DNA of 64,000 bases from an uncultured bacterium (GTDB lineage Bacteria; Chlamydiota; Chlamydiia; Chlamydiales; SM23-39), in assembly GCA_963716985.1 (NCBI GenBank), contig OY970323.1, positions 1,920,001 through 1,984,000 of the forward strand, read 5' to 3'. The translations under genes were made by a program, and so were the position numbers. Shown here one piece after another: positions 30,992 through 42,200 of this stretch (the first letter of the stretch is position 1; every line of letters begins with the position of its first letter). The notes below the pieces were generated by a model. It made no database searches, was not told where the DNA came from, and worked only from the letters and a program-made list of their open reading frames with translations.

Positions 30992-31193
30992 GGTTTTTCC
31001 CTTTTTCGACCTGCTCGATCGCTTTCATAGTTTTGGCATTAGGGATATGGGAACCATAAAGATGTTCATGGATCCATTCAAGTACCAACTCTCTCATGCT
31101 TTTACCCGAAATGACTGCCAAAGTTTTTAATCTTTTATGATCCTCTTCTGGGACATCAATAGTCATGCGCGACAAATGACCCGCTGCGCTCAT
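30942..31193 (-). CDS. RelB/DinJ-like antitoxin
   Basis: RHH-like RMTIDVPEEDHKRLK plus PNAKTMKAIE; upstream of yafQ. Confidence 0.75.
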   Translation of the reverse strand: MSAAGHLSRMTIDVPEEDHKRLKTLAVISGKSMRELVLEWIHEHLYGSHIPNAKTMKAIEQVEKGKNLVHSKDINDLFKKLDM

Positions 31194-31468
31194 TGAAAAC
31201 TCCTTTTTCTTTTATGGTATCATATTTAAAGAAATAAAGAAAAACACACCATAGAAGATTCGAGACGTCAAAATCATCAAAAAGCCAGTACATTTGACCT
31301 TATCTTGCGCAATCCCTGAGCGCGATTATCGATCCTATTTTGCCGAATGGATCCCTATGGATTTTCAAGAACTCGTGCGAAAAATCAAAAAAGCGTCTAT
31401 GGTTTCAAAATAGGAACAACGCTTCCTCCCATACACAAAGGAATGGGTTTTTCGCGCTGCCAAATAGG

Positions 31469-32008
31469 ATGAAAGAAAAAACCAACCTTACGCTTCCAAA
31501 TCCCAAAAAAATCCTCTTGGGCATCGATCCCGGCACCCGCATTACCGGGTATGGCGTTCTCGACGCAACCTCCCATTCTTTGATGGCTCTCGACTATGGA
31601 TGCATTCGCCCACCCGCTTCTCTGCCTTTAGAAAAACGCTACCTCATCATTTTTCAAGCGCTCCAAAAGCTCATTGAGCTCTATGCGCCCATCTCCATTG
31701 CGGTAGAGACGCAGTTCGTGAAAAAAAACGTGCAGACCACTCTGAAGCTAGGCGGCGCGAAGGGCATCGTGCTTTTGGCTGCAGCTCTTCATGACATTCC
31801 GATCTATGAATATGCTCCCAAATCGGCTAAACTGGCCGTTGTCGGCCATGGGAGTGCGAGCAAAGAGCAGGTGCAAAAAATGATGCAGATGCTCTTAAAG
31901 CTGCCGTCTCCTCCCGCTCCGGAAGATGCATCCGATGCCTTAGCTTTAGCTCTTTGCCATGCGCATAACCTTCAAAAACATGAGAGGATAAGATGTTCGA
32001 TTATCTAA
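31469..32008 (+). CDS. ruvC: Holliday junction resolvase
   Basis: LGIDPG...TGYGV, G.G.ASKEQV and DASDALA motifs. Confidence 0.96.
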   Translation: MKEKTNLTLPNPKKILLGIDPGTRITGYGVLDATSHSLMALDYGCIRPPASLPLEKRYLIIFQALQKLIELYAPISIAVETQFVKKNVQTTLKLGGAKGIVLLAAALHDIPIYEYAPKSAKLAVVGHGSASKEQVQKMMQMLLKLPSPPAPEDASDALALALCHAHNLQKHERIRCSII

Positions 32009-32595
32009 AAGGCTGCCTTGCTTTTTTTGATCCAACAAAGGTCGTTCTGGACGTAAACGGGGTTGCCTACCGTCTGCAGATTCCCTTAAGAAGTTATTCC
32101 GAACTGCCTCCGATCGGCTCCTCTCTTCAGCTTTTTTCTTCCTTTGTCGTACGGGAAGATGCGCAAACTCTCTATGGATTTCTCAAACAGCAAGACCGAG
32201 ATCTATTCGAGCTGTTGATCACCATTTCCGGAGTCGGCCCCAAAACGGCCCTTTCTCTCATTGGACACCTGGATTATGAACATTTTTATCGAGCCATATC
32301 AGAAGCTGACATTCGGCTTTTGGGCAAAGTTCCGGGAATCGGAAAAAAAACAGCCGAGCGTCTTGTGATCGAAATGAGAGACAAACTCAAAATACTCGAT
32401 AAACATTATCCCCTCTCTTCCACACCGACCGATCGCAAAGCATCGGACGCCATTCAGGCGCTCATGAATCTTGGCATACCCGCTTTTGAAGCCCAAAAAG
32501 CCGTCAAAACCGCACAAATCAAAGCAGGCGCTGCCGCGGATACAGCCATTCTGATTTCTCTAGCGCTCCGGCAGAGCAGGCAGTCCAAAGAATAA
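31993..32595 (+). CDS. ruvA: Holliday junction branch migration protein
   Basis: VREDAQTLYGF, SGVGPKTA and PGIGKKTAERL motifs. Confidence 0.96.
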   Translation: MFDYLKGCLAFFDPTKVVLDVNGVAYRLQIPLRSYSELPPIGSSLQLFSSFVVREDAQTLYGFLKQQDRDLFELLITISGVGPKTALSLIGHLDYEHFYRAISEADIRLLGKVPGIGKKTAERLVIEMRDKLKILDKHYPLSSTPTDRKASDAIQALMNLGIPAFEAQKAVKTAQIKAGAAADTAILISLALRQSRQSKE

Positions 32596-32600
32596 ATCAT

Positions 32601-33299
32601 TTATTCATTCTTTGCCCCAAGCAATTCCCATCTACTCAACAGTTTTTCTACATCTCCCCACGGAAGGCGACTACCCTTAGCTCTCATAGCATCAAAACTC
32701 CCCGTAGCTTGACTCTTCTGTATCATTTTCTGGTTCAGCAACTCCTCAATGATCCATATCGTTCCATGTACTTCAACTCCTTCCTTTTTTGCTGCGACGC
32801 GAAGATCTTTATCTCCGGTCAAAAGGGGGCATTGTTCTTGAAGTGCCAGAGCTAAAGCGGAATGATCCATCATGCTAGGTCGCGGATACTGTTGAGTTAG
32901 AAACTCTGTCTTCTTGACCGATTCAGCAGTAAGGCTTTTCTCTTTTAAACCTAAAAACGGCAGTTGAACCGCTCCGCATGGCCTAAAAACTGTAAATTTC
33001 CCTTTCAGGAATCAATTTTATCTTTTACTTTCACGATCACCCAATGGGTGACCGGATAAATTTGAGCAATAACACTGATTTTTAGAGGAGATTCACAAAA
33101 TTTTTGGTTGTGCGGAGCGGTTCAACTGCCGTTTTTAGGTTAAACCGGCCTCCAGAAGATGACTGTGTCGCTCTCTGAGTTCTAATTCAAAAAGGATGTC
33201 AGGGACTGCGATTTCATAAGGAAGTCGAAAAATGACAGGCATTAAATTACCGACTTCCATGTCGATAAGAATATTAGCATCGCTGATGAGTAAGAGCAT
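32601..33299 (-). pseudogene. PIN-domain protein interrupted by a MITE
   Basis: Reconstructed 167 aa MLLLISDANILIDM...LLEAGLKEKSL...LLTGDKDLR...VHGTIW; insertion gives an immediate TAA. Confidence 0.85.
32949..33140. mobile_element. 192-bp MITE, perfect 30-bp TIR, TAA TSD
   Basis: ACCTAAAAACGGCAGTTGAACCGCTCCGCA and its exact reverse complement at 33111-33140. Confidence 0.92.
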
Positions 33300-34350
33300 T
33301 TCCGTTTTGCACCTGACGAAGAGCTTTTAATTGTGAGAGAGAGCAGGATAACAGCTCTGCGGCTTTTGGTTCCCCAATATACTCTTCACCGAGAGCATGA
33401 AATAGCATTTGGTTAAAGGTATGAGCTTTTTCTGAAGTGACTTCTAATCCAGGCTCTTTACGATGCCACCCCTTCTGTCGGAAACGAATTACAAGGCTTT
33501 TGTAATAGAACTCTTGAATAATCCCCAAATCTCTAAGGCGATAACAAATCGCTCCCATGCTTAATTGAAACTGTTCTTTAAACAGAAGAAGTTCCTGCCA
33601 TTCAATAGCTCGACGTTCTTTTCCCGCCGCTTGAAATACAGCTTCGCGAGGAAATAGAAAAGCGCCTGCAAATCGATTGCAAGCTTGTTCTTCATCCAAT
33701 TTAGGAGAAAGACGATTGATAAAAATATAATGAGCAAGTTCATGAGCCAAATTGAAGCGCTGTCGATCGCCAGGCCATCTTGAGCTAATCACAATGATTG
33801 GCTGATCATTGATAATAGTAGAGAGACCGTCAAAGTATTCTTCATCAATATCGATGATAAACACTCTTATTCCCTGACTTTCAAAAGCATCGGTAAGATC
33901 ATGGATTGGAGCAAGTCCTAGTTTCCAAAGATTACGCAGTTTCTCAGCGACTGACTCTATCTCTTCGGGGCTATTAATTTTCTGAGGTAAATCAGCTGGA
34001 AGTTCAAATACAGGTACCGGAGAAGAAGGATAAAGATTCTCTAATTCTAAGCGACGTTCGATCTGACTAATCACCTCAAATTTAATTGCTTCTTTCGCCT
34101 TTCCATTTAGTTTTTTTCGTTTTCGAAACTTTACATTTTCAAGAGAGACCTTGATTGGACGAAAAAAGAAATCAACGCGAACTTTAAGAGCCTTTGCCAA
34201 CTTTATGAGCATATCTGAAGAGGGATAGACGTCTCCGTCTTCGTATTTTTTAATAGCGGCATGGCTTAAGCTCACAAGATCAGCGAGAGCGCGCAGACTT
34301 AGACCGCCAGCCTTTCTTGCCTGCTGGAGACGAACGCCTAAGTTGTTCAT
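33274..34350 (-). CDS. XRE-HTH plus ImmA/IrrE-type Zn metallopeptidase (DUF955/COG2856)
   Basis: N-terminal HTH; RQRFNLAHELAH (HExxH); EQACNRFAGAFLFP. Confidence 0.92.
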   Translation of the reverse strand: MNNLGVRLQQARKAGGLSLRALADLVSLSHAAIKKYEDGDVYPSSDMLIKLAKALKVRVDFFFRPIKVSLENVKFRKRKKLNGKAKEAIKFEVISQIERRLELENLYPSSPVPVFELPADLPQKINSPEEIESVAEKLRNLWKLGLAPIHDLTDAFESQGIRVFIIDIDEEYFDGLSTIINDQPIIVISSRWPGDRQRFNLAHELAHYIFINRLSPKLDEEQACNRFAGAFLFPREAVFQAAGKERRAIEWQELLLFKEQFQLSMGAICYRLRDLGIIQEFYYKSLVIRFRQKGWHRKEPGLEVTSEKAHTFNQMLFHALGEEYIGEPKAAELLSCSLSQLKALRQVQNGNALTHQRC

Positions 34351-34383
34351 ATATAGACACCTCTATTTAAGTTCATTCCCGTT

Positions 34384-34423
34384 TAGTTTACATTATGACA
34401 AAAATAGACTATCTTGTAAACTA
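34384..34423 (-). promoter_or_regulatory. Sigma70-like promoter overlapped by an inverted-repeat operator
   Basis: Minus strand TTTACA-17 bp-CATAAT, framed by TAGTTTACA...TGTAAACTA. Confidence 0.6.
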
Positions 34424-34511
34424 TATGTTTCTTAACGCTGGTAATAATTTTAATCGATAAGCGCATCAGAGAAATGGAGCATCAAAAAAATTTGGGAGAC
34501 TCAAGAATCAA

Positions 34512-35139
34512 TCATAATGGGCGAATGACAATATCTTGCAAATAAGAGTTTTGAAAATTGGTTTTTTGCCCAATTTTTGCTACCCCATCACTCACAAATC
34601 GAGCAGAAAGAGGTTTTTGGAACTTTGCGCTTAATTTTTGCGTGAGCTTCAGAATTTCAAGAACGCGGGAAGGATTTTGATCTACTCCAATGGGATAAGT
34701 GTCTATTCCCACTCCAGAATGAAGGCTTAAAAAAAGATTTCTCTCAATGGAAAAATTCCCTTTTTCATATTCGTTTGCAAGAACTGAATCTTCTAAGCAT
34801 GGAAACATCAGACCACAAAGCCCAACAGGCCTGGGATTAGATTTTTTTATGAATTCTGAAATCGTTGTATAGATATCTGTGGTAGCTGAATGAGAAAAAT
34901 CAAGACCCAACTGGTTGATAAAATGAATGAAGCGGCCCGCTCCATTAAACAAGGGCGCGATCGAAGAATCAATGCCTAGATAACCTTCTAAAGGCGATAA
35001 AAGCTGATCCATTTCTTGCCAGATCATTTTCATGTTGTTGAGCCATTGATTCAGCGTTGTGCAGTTTTTGTCTAAGTTGGTTGGCTGCAGTCCGATACTA
35101 AATCCATTTTTTTCATATTTAGCAGATGGGAAATAGGGA
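34512..35139 (-). pseudogene. DUF711-family C-terminal fragment ending at a MITE
   Basis: SPYFPSAKY..NGFSIGLQ, GLCGLMFPCLED and GVGIDTYPIG; frame does not continue beyond the MITE. Confidence 0.65.
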
Positions 35140-35241
35140 CTAGTGCTCTGCCATTCTTTAATTTTAGGATAAATTGACTTGAGTTTATGCCGACCGTTGC
35201 CAAACTTATAATCCTAAATTTTAACTATGACAGAGCACTAG
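35140..35241. mobile_element. CTAG hairpin MITE, copy 2
   Basis: Three substitutions relative to copies 1 and 3. Confidence 0.92.
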
Positions 35242-35549
35242 GCTGCAAACGCGACTTTCAAGATCAAGGTTTTCCTGCCGATCCATCTTAGGAAAAAAAG
35301 ATTCTTCTCCATCCATAGGCACAGAGTTTGGGTCACTCGGAGCTGGCACGTACATGCAACCTTCATTTCTGATTTTGTTTTAAAAAATTTTTTTACAAGT
35401 TGCAATTAGGCTCAAAAAACAAGAAACGCTTTTGTCCTTGAATTCTCAAGGAGCAGCCGCGCATGATCCATTAATGATTTTTTTAAAAAAGAGCTTTTGA
35501 AAATTACTCCTTTTCTCTGCTATTCTGCAAATTATTCAATGATTGAGAT

Positions 35550-36911
35550 ATGGACTTTCACACCAAAGAAGATACGATTGCTGCGATTGCCACTCCTCCA
35601 GGAGAAGGAGCGATTGCCATCGTGCGTCTCTCGGGTCCGAATGCCCTTTCTATCGCAGGCAAGGTTTTCTCCGGCGATCTTTCGCAATTCCAATCCCACA
35701 CTGCCCATTATGGAAAAATACACGATGCAGAAGGGACCGTCGTGGATGCCGTCCTGCTTTTGCTTATGAGGCATCCCAATACCTACACGGGCGAAGATCT
35801 TGTGGAAATTCACTGCCACGGCGGAAGGATGATCACAAGAAAAGTGCTCGAGCTGCTTATAAGCTCCGGCGCCAAGCCAGCAAAACCCGGCGAGTTTACC
35901 CTCCGCGCTTTTTTGAACGGAAAATTGGACCTCTCCCAAGCAGAAGCCGTACAAACCTTCATCGCCTCTCAAAATGAGGTGGCCATGCATGCAGCGTCCC
36001 AGCAATTAGAAGGCTCTCTGTCTAAAAAGATCGAACATTTTCAAAAAACACTCATCGAAACTGCTTCTTTTCTCGAAGCTTGGATCGATTTTCCCGAAGA
36101 AGATCTAGGACAAGAAGACTTGACAAAGATCAGGAATGATCTGCAACAGATTTCTTCTGAAATGCAAAAGCTTGCAGATAGTTTTTATGAAGGAAAAATT
36201 GCCACTGACGGCATTTCGCTTTGCATCGCAGGGCCACCTAACGTGGGCAAATCCTCCCTGTTAAACGCTCTTTTGGGAAAAAATCGCGCCATCGTCTCTC
36301 CTCTTCCCGGAACAACACGCGATCTGATCGAAGAGACCATTCAGGTGGGCTCTCTTCATTTTCACCTCACCGACACGGCAGGCATTCGAAAAACTAAGGA
36401 ACCCGTCGAAAAAGAGGGTATCGATCGCACGCTCTCTACTATGAAAGAGGCAGATCTCATTTTGTTTGTTTTGGATTCCAGCCGGCCTTTGACAAAAGAA
36501 GATTTTGAGCTCATCTCCTCTTGTAACCCCGAAAAAACGCTCTTTCTCTGGAACAAAATCGATTTGGGAATGCCGGAGAGAAGATTTGACCATGGAAGCG
36601 AACTTCTGATCTCCGTCAAGAACAAAATCGGACTCGAAGAACTGAAAAATGCTCTCGAAAAAAAGGTTTGGAAGCGGGGCGTTCCTTCCAAAGAAGAAAT
36701 CATCATCACCAAAGAAAGACACCGCCACGCCCTTCTCCAAAGCATCTCCTGCTGCCGGCAAGCGCAAGAGAGCCTCGAAAAAAAAGCTTCTTATGAATTT
36801 ATCGTCTCCGATCTTAGAAAAGCTCTCGAAGAGCTCAATGCCATCATTGGCCTGAACATCTCGGAAGAAATCCTTACCTCCATTTTTTCTAAATTCTGTT
36901 TGGGAAAATGA
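35550..36911 (+). CDS. mnmE: tRNA modification GTPase
   Basis: DTIAAIATP, GPPNVGKSSL, PGTTRD, DTAGIR and FCLGK motifs. Confidence 0.97.
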   Translation: MDFHTKEDTIAAIATPPGEGAIAIVRLSGPNALSIAGKVFSGDLSQFQSHTAHYGKIHDAEGTVVDAVLLLLMRHPNTYTGEDLVEIHCHGGRMITRKVLELLISSGAKPAKPGEFTLRAFLNGKLDLSQAEAVQTFIASQNEVAMHAASQQLEGSLSKKIEHFQKTLIETASFLEAWIDFPEEDLGQEDLTKIRNDLQQISSEMQKLADSFYEGKIATDGISLCIAGPPNVGKSSLLNALLGKNRAIVSPLPGTTRDLIEETIQVGSLHFHLTDTAGIRKTKEPVEKEGIDRTLSTMKEADLILFVLDSSRPLTKEDFELISSCNPEKTLFLWNKIDLGMPERRFDHGSELLISVKNKIGLEELKNALEKKVWKRGVPSKEEIIITKERHRHALLQSISCCRQAQESLEKKASYEFIVSDLRKALEELNAIIGLNISEEILTSIFSKFCLGK

Positions 36912-37537
36912 TGAAGAGAAAAGAAAGGGCAAAACTCGTCTATGAAATTCTAAACGAGCTCTTTCCCCACCCAAAGATTCCCCTGATCCACAAAAACCCC
37001 TATACTTTGCTCATCGCCGTACTGCTTTCCGGACACTCGACCGACAAAGCGGTCAACAAAATTGCGCCACTCCTTTTCAAAAAAGCGCCGACGGCAAAAA
37101 AAATGCTGCTTCTTTCACAGAAAGAACTCGAAGAGCTCATTCGTCCTTGCGGCCTTTATAAAAGAAAAGCAAAAGCCATTTTAGACCTCTCTCATATCCT
37201 CATTAAAGAAAACAGAGGGAATATCCCCTCTTCTTTGGAAGAGTTGGAAAAACTTCCGGGCGTGGGACATAAAACCGCAAGCGTCGTTTTGTCTCATGTG
37301 TTTCACACACCCGCATTTCCCGTTGACACTCACATTCACAGATGCGCAAAGAGATGGAAGCTAAGCTCTGGGAAGAATCGGGCAGTGACCGAAAGAGATC
37401 TCAAGCGGCTTTTCCCCAAAAAAGACTGGGGAAAAATCCATTTGCAAATGATCCTTTACGCAAGAAAATTTTGCCCTGCAAGGAACCACCAAATAGAAGA
37501 GTGTCCTATTTGCCGCAAGCTACAGAAGTGCCCATAG
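36908..37537 (+). CDS. nth: Endonuclease III
   Basis: HhH LPGVGHKTA, VDTH and C-terminal Cys motifs. Confidence 0.94.
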   Translation: MMKRKERAKLVYEILNELFPHPKIPLIHKNPYTLLIAVLLSGHSTDKAVNKIAPLLFKKAPTAKKMLLLSQKELEELIRPCGLYKRKAKAILDLSHILIKENRGNIPSSLEELEKLPGVGHKTASVVLSHVFHTPAFPVDTHIHRCAKRWKLSSGKNRAVTERDLKRLFPKKDWGKIHLQMILYARKFCPARNHQIEECPICRKLQKCP

Positions 37538-38420
37538 ACTGGCCAAAAAGTCCGCGCACCTCGATCTTTTTTTGAGAAGCTTGGATCAGATCTTCGTCAA
37601 AGTGAATATTCCCCCTTTCAAAAAGCATCACAATCGTAGATCCGCCCAGCTCGAAGGTGCCCTTCTCTTCCCCCTTTTTGCATTTTTTGTAAGGGACAAA
37701 ACTCTGGTGGACCTTCCCGACGCAAGTAGCCCCAACCTCGACGAAAAGAACGTTTCCGAAAATGGGAGAAGAGAGAGACGTAATGAATCGTCTGTTTTCC
37801 CAAAAAATCTTCCAACCGCCCTTTAGTGCAATCGGGCTGACCGAATAGAGGGCGCCCCGGATCCCTCGCGCCTCTGTCGGAATGCAATCAAAAGGAAAAT
37901 GAAATCGGTGATAGTCGACGGGAGCCAAACGCGCGATCACCATGGAGCCCTTTTCATATTTTTTTGCAAGAGGGGCATCTTGTAAAAATTGGGGCAGATC
38001 AAAAGATGATCCTTTGATAAAAAATTCATCCGCCTGTCCGATCTCTTGAAACACAAGATAGCGCGCGTCCGCAGGAAGGATGGCTTTTTTTTCATCCCAT
38101 AAAATGGGACGATATTGGGGCTTCAATTGCCGGACAAAAAAATCTGCAAAGGAGCTAAACTCGTCAATGCCTTTGACAAATTCGTGCGCATCGATCGCAA
38201 ATTTGCGTATGAAGGGCAAGATCTTTTTTCGACTTTGTTTTTTGCTTTGAAAATAGGCAAATAGTGCGGACGGAAAGATGGTTTTTGCCATCAAAAATTT
38301 CACTATCTTTGAAAAAAAACCCTCCTTTTCATAAAGAAAAAGCAGGCCCTTTTCGCCAAAAACCTTTTCGGAAAACTCTTTTCCGGAAAGTCGATCGATC
38401 ACTTTGATTTCCGATGGCAT
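37506..38420 (-). CDS. psd: Phosphatidylserine decarboxylase
   Basis: RLAPVDYHRFHFP, EVGATCVG and GGST cleavage motif. Confidence 0.93.
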   Translation of the reverse strand: MPSEIKVIDRLSGKEFSEKVFGEKGLLFLYEKEGFFSKIVKFLMAKTIFPSALFAYFQSKKQSRKKILPFIRKFAIDAHEFVKGIDEFSSFADFFVRQLKPQYRPILWDEKKAILPADARYLVFQEIGQADEFFIKGSSFDLPQFLQDAPLAKKYEKGSMVIARLAPVDYHRFHFPFDCIPTEARGIRGALYSVSPIALKGGWKIFWENRRFITSLSSPIFGNVLFVEVGATCVGKVHQSFVPYKKCKKGEEKGTFELGGSTIVMLFERGNIHFDEDLIQASQKKIEVRGLFGQSMGTSVACGK

Positions 38421-38435
38421 TGCCTTAAGGTCCTC

Positions 38436-38969
38436 TTATGTTTTTTCAAAGCCTTTCACGTCGTTTCTGAGCATAGCATAAATGCAAAGATCCACATACT
38501 TGCCCTTGCTGAAAAGCGCCTCTCTTAAAATGCCTTCAAATGAAAAACCGCATTTTTGCGCTACCGCCATAGCGGCCCTATTATAGTTTGGAATGTGCAA
38601 TTGTAGGCGATTGATTTTTTTTGTAGAAAAGAGATATCGAGAAAAAAGCAAAAGCGCTTCGCCCATCAATCCCTTCCCTCGATCCTGAGGAGAAAAAATA
38701 AAAAAACTCAAATCGAGCATTTCGCTAAAGCCAATTTTATAAAACGAAATAAAGCCCAGCATGCGCTCCTTTCGGTCCAAAAGCAGAATCGATCCCTCTT
38801 GATCTTCCCAAAAGCCCGTCTTCACAAATTTTTGTTTGAATTTGAATTCCGAACTCAAATTGTCGAAAAATAGATTCTCCCCGCTCAAACGCATCTTTTC
38901 TTTGAGGCGAAAAAACTCTTCTAGATCTTTTTCCTTCAGAGGACGAAGAATGATATTTTTACTTTCCAT
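38436..38969 (-). CDS. GNAT (RimJ/RimL) acetyltransferase
   Basis: RGKGLMGEA and N.AA..VAQKCGF..EG motifs. Confidence 0.85.
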   Translation of the reverse strand: MESKNIILRPLKEKDLEEFFRLKEKMRLSGENLFFDNLSSEFKFKQKFVKTGFWEDQEGSILLLDRKERMLGFISFYKIGFSEMLDLSFFIFSPQDRGKGLMGEALLLFSRYLFSTKKINRLQLHIPNYNRAAMAVAQKCGFSFEGILREALFSKGKYVDLCIYAMLRNDVKGFEKT

Positions 38970-39233
38970 AACTCCCCCCTGTCCTCTTTGAAGCTATTTT
39001 CAAAAAGCAAAATAAACAGGCCATTTCATTTTAAAATATTTTTAGATAAAAAGCAACATTAAACGCTTTAAAGCAAATTTTTTTTAGAATGTATTTTCCT
39101 GAGCCATCGATCTTTGCGCCAAAGAATAAAAATTAAACCTTACGCTTGCCGAAGAATTCGGCTTTTCCGCCTCTTCTCCTTGAGAGAAATGGAATTTTGT
39201 TATAAAATTTTATCATCCAATGAAGAAGTCCTT

Positions 39234-42200
39234 ATGTTTGCATTCTTAAAGAAAATTTTTGGAACCGCCCAGGGGCGATTGCTCAAGAGATATTCCGGAA
39301 TTGTCACCGACATTAACGAATGGGAAAAGAAATTCCAAGCTCTTTCTGAAGAAGAGCTGAAGCAAAAAACCTTCGAATTTAAAGAAAGATTCCAGAAAGG
39401 CGAGTCGCTCGATGCGCTTCTCCCCGAAGCCTATGCTGCGATCAAGAACGCTTGCCGGCGCCTTTGCGGCACCGACATCCACGTCTTTGGATATGATCAA
39501 AAATGGGATATGATTCCCTATGACGTTCAGATGCTGGGCGCTATTGCCATGCATTATGGATCGATTGCCGAAATGCAGACGGGAGAAGGAAAAACATTAA
39601 CCGCTTCGCTTCCTCTTTATCTCAACGCTCTTTCCGGCAAACCTGTGCACCTGGTTACCGTCAATGATTATCTGGCCAAACGCGATTGCGAATGGATCGG
39701 CATCATCTTCCGATATCTGGGCTTAAGCGTCTCTTCTCTAACCAACGACACTCCTCTGCATAAAAGAAAAGAGGTCTATGCAGCCGACATCGTCTATGGA
39801 ACATCGTCGGAGTTCGGTTTCGATTACCTGAGAGACAATTCCATGGCCTCTTCGTTAGAAGAGCAGGTGCAGCGCAAGCCCTACTACTTTGCCATCGTCG
39901 ATGAAATCGACTCCATCCTGATCGACGAGGCAAGAACGCCTCTCATTATTTCCGGACCCTCCGATGTCAATCGCCAGATGTACGACACCTTGAAAGACGG
40001 CGTTGCTACACTCGTCAAACTGCAAAGAGATCTATGCAACCGTTTGGCAACGGAAGCGAGAAAAACACTGGAATCCTTAGGCGTCGTAAAAGAAGAGCCG
40101 GCCCCGCCCAGGCTTTCCAAAGAAGAGCAGGAGCTGGCAGAAGAGGCGTTTCGCAAGCTTTGGCTCGTAAGCAAAGGCACGCCGCGCCATAAGATCTTGA
40201 TGCGTTTGAAAGAAAATCCCGACCTTCGTGCCGCAATCGACCGCTGGGAGACCCACTTTTATTCCGAACAAAGCAAAGAAGAGAAGATCAAGGCTCTGGC
40301 GCACCTCTTCATCATCGTCGATGAAAAAGCCAATGAATATGAGCTCACAGATCGAGGCATCCATGCATGGGCGGAAATGCACCCAAACAACGAGGGCAGC
40401 GACGATTTCGTAATGCTCGATTTAGGCTACGAATATGCCAAAATCGAAGGAGATCTTTCCTTGAGCGAACAGGAGAGAATGGAGCGCAAGGTGCGCGTTC
40501 GAGAAGAGGATGCGAACCGAAAGGAAAGGGCGCACAATTTGCAGCAGCTTTTCAAAGCGCATCTTCTCATGGAAAAAGACGTCGATTATATCGTCCAGGA
40601 AAACAAGATCATCATCATCGATGAAAATACAGGACGACCGCAACCGGGGCGCAGATTCTCCGATGGCCTTCATCAAGCAATCGAGGCCAAGGAATCGGTT
40701 GCCATTCAAGGGGAAACTCAGACCTACGCAACGATCACCTTGCAAAATTATTTCCGCATGTATGAAAAGCTCTCCGGCATGACGGGAACCGCCATGACGG
40801 AAGCCAATGAATTTAAGGAAATTTACAAGCTTGAGGTCGTTGAAATTCCCACTTACTGTTCCTGCAACCGCAACGATGCAGATGATGAAATCTACATGAC
40901 GGAGAGGGAAAAATACAATGCGATCATCAAAGAGATACTCTTCATCCATAATCAAGGAAGGCCGATCCTTATTGGAACGGAGTCGGTCGAGATCTCAGAA
41001 AAGCTTTCCCGCATCTTAAAACAAAACCACCTGCCCCATACCATTCTCAACGCAAAAAACCATTCCAAAGAAGCCGAAATCATCGCAGAGGCAGGAAAGA
41101 GAGGGGCGATCACGCTTGCCACCAACATGGCAGGAAGGGGAACAGACATTAAGCTCGCTTGCGAGGTCAAAGATCTCGGCGGGCTTCACGTCATTGGAAC
41201 CACGCGCCACCAGTCCAGACGAATCGACCGCCAGCTGCGCGGACGATCCGGCCGTCTGGGAGATCCCGGATCTTCCAAGTTTTACGTCTCCTTTGAAGAC
41301 TCTCTCATGCGGCTCTTTGCCTCTCCCCGCTTAACATCCATGCTGCAAAGATTTCGTCCTCCCGAAGGAGAGCCCATCTCGGCAAAAGTTTTAAACAAAT
41401 CGATCGAAACCGCGCAAAAAAGAATCGAACAGCGCAACTACATGATCCGCAAACACACGTTGGAATATGATGACGTCATGAATCGGCAAAGGCAGGAAAT
41501 TTACTCCTTCCGCAATGAACTTCTCTCAAGCAACGATCCCATTTCTCTTGCTAAAGAGCTCCTGACCATCGTCTCTTTCGCAGTGATTCCCCAATATTTT
41601 ACCAATCGTTTTTCAGAAAAGGATTGGAGAGCAGAAGAGTTTCGCCAATGGATCTTAGTGCATTTTCCGGTCCATTTTGAAAAGGGCGCATTTGACGGGG
41701 AAAAGGTCGATCTCGAGCAGATCGAGCAGCTGGTCAGCGAAAAAATCGTCTCAGCGTTTGTCCAAAAAATCGCGTTTCAAAAACAGATGATCCTGCACCT
41801 TCATCCCAACGGAAACGAGGAAGATACGATCTCCTTTTTGAACAATGTGATTCGCAACATCATGATTCGAAAAATCGATCATCTCTGGCAGGAGCATCTG
41901 CTTTCCATCGATCATCTGAGGGCCGACGTGCACCTACGCGTTGTGGGACAGCGCGATCCTCTTTTGGAATTCAAGCATGAGGCCTTTGCTCTTTTTGACC
42001 ATTTCTCCCAACGGGTCAAGCTCGAGATAGCAGAAGACTTTTTCCGCTTTGAGCTCATCCCTCCCCAACAAAAAAAGGTACAAGAAATACTCTCGCAGCT
42101 CCAAATGGACAAAGAGCGCTCGTTTGTTCCTCAGCCCACGCAAGAAGCTCCTCCTAACGAAGGAGAGGTCCCGGCAGCTGTCTCTTCAAGCCCTGCCCAT

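Noticed and set aside
31993..32600. Loss of ruvB after ruvC-ruvA
   Set aside because: ruvB is typically unlinked in chlamydiae; absence here is uninformative
36261..36974. 237-aa antisense ORF (and similar shadow ORFs such as 24685-25329 and 3435-4049)
   Set aside because: Overlap well-conserved genes and have no recognisable motifs
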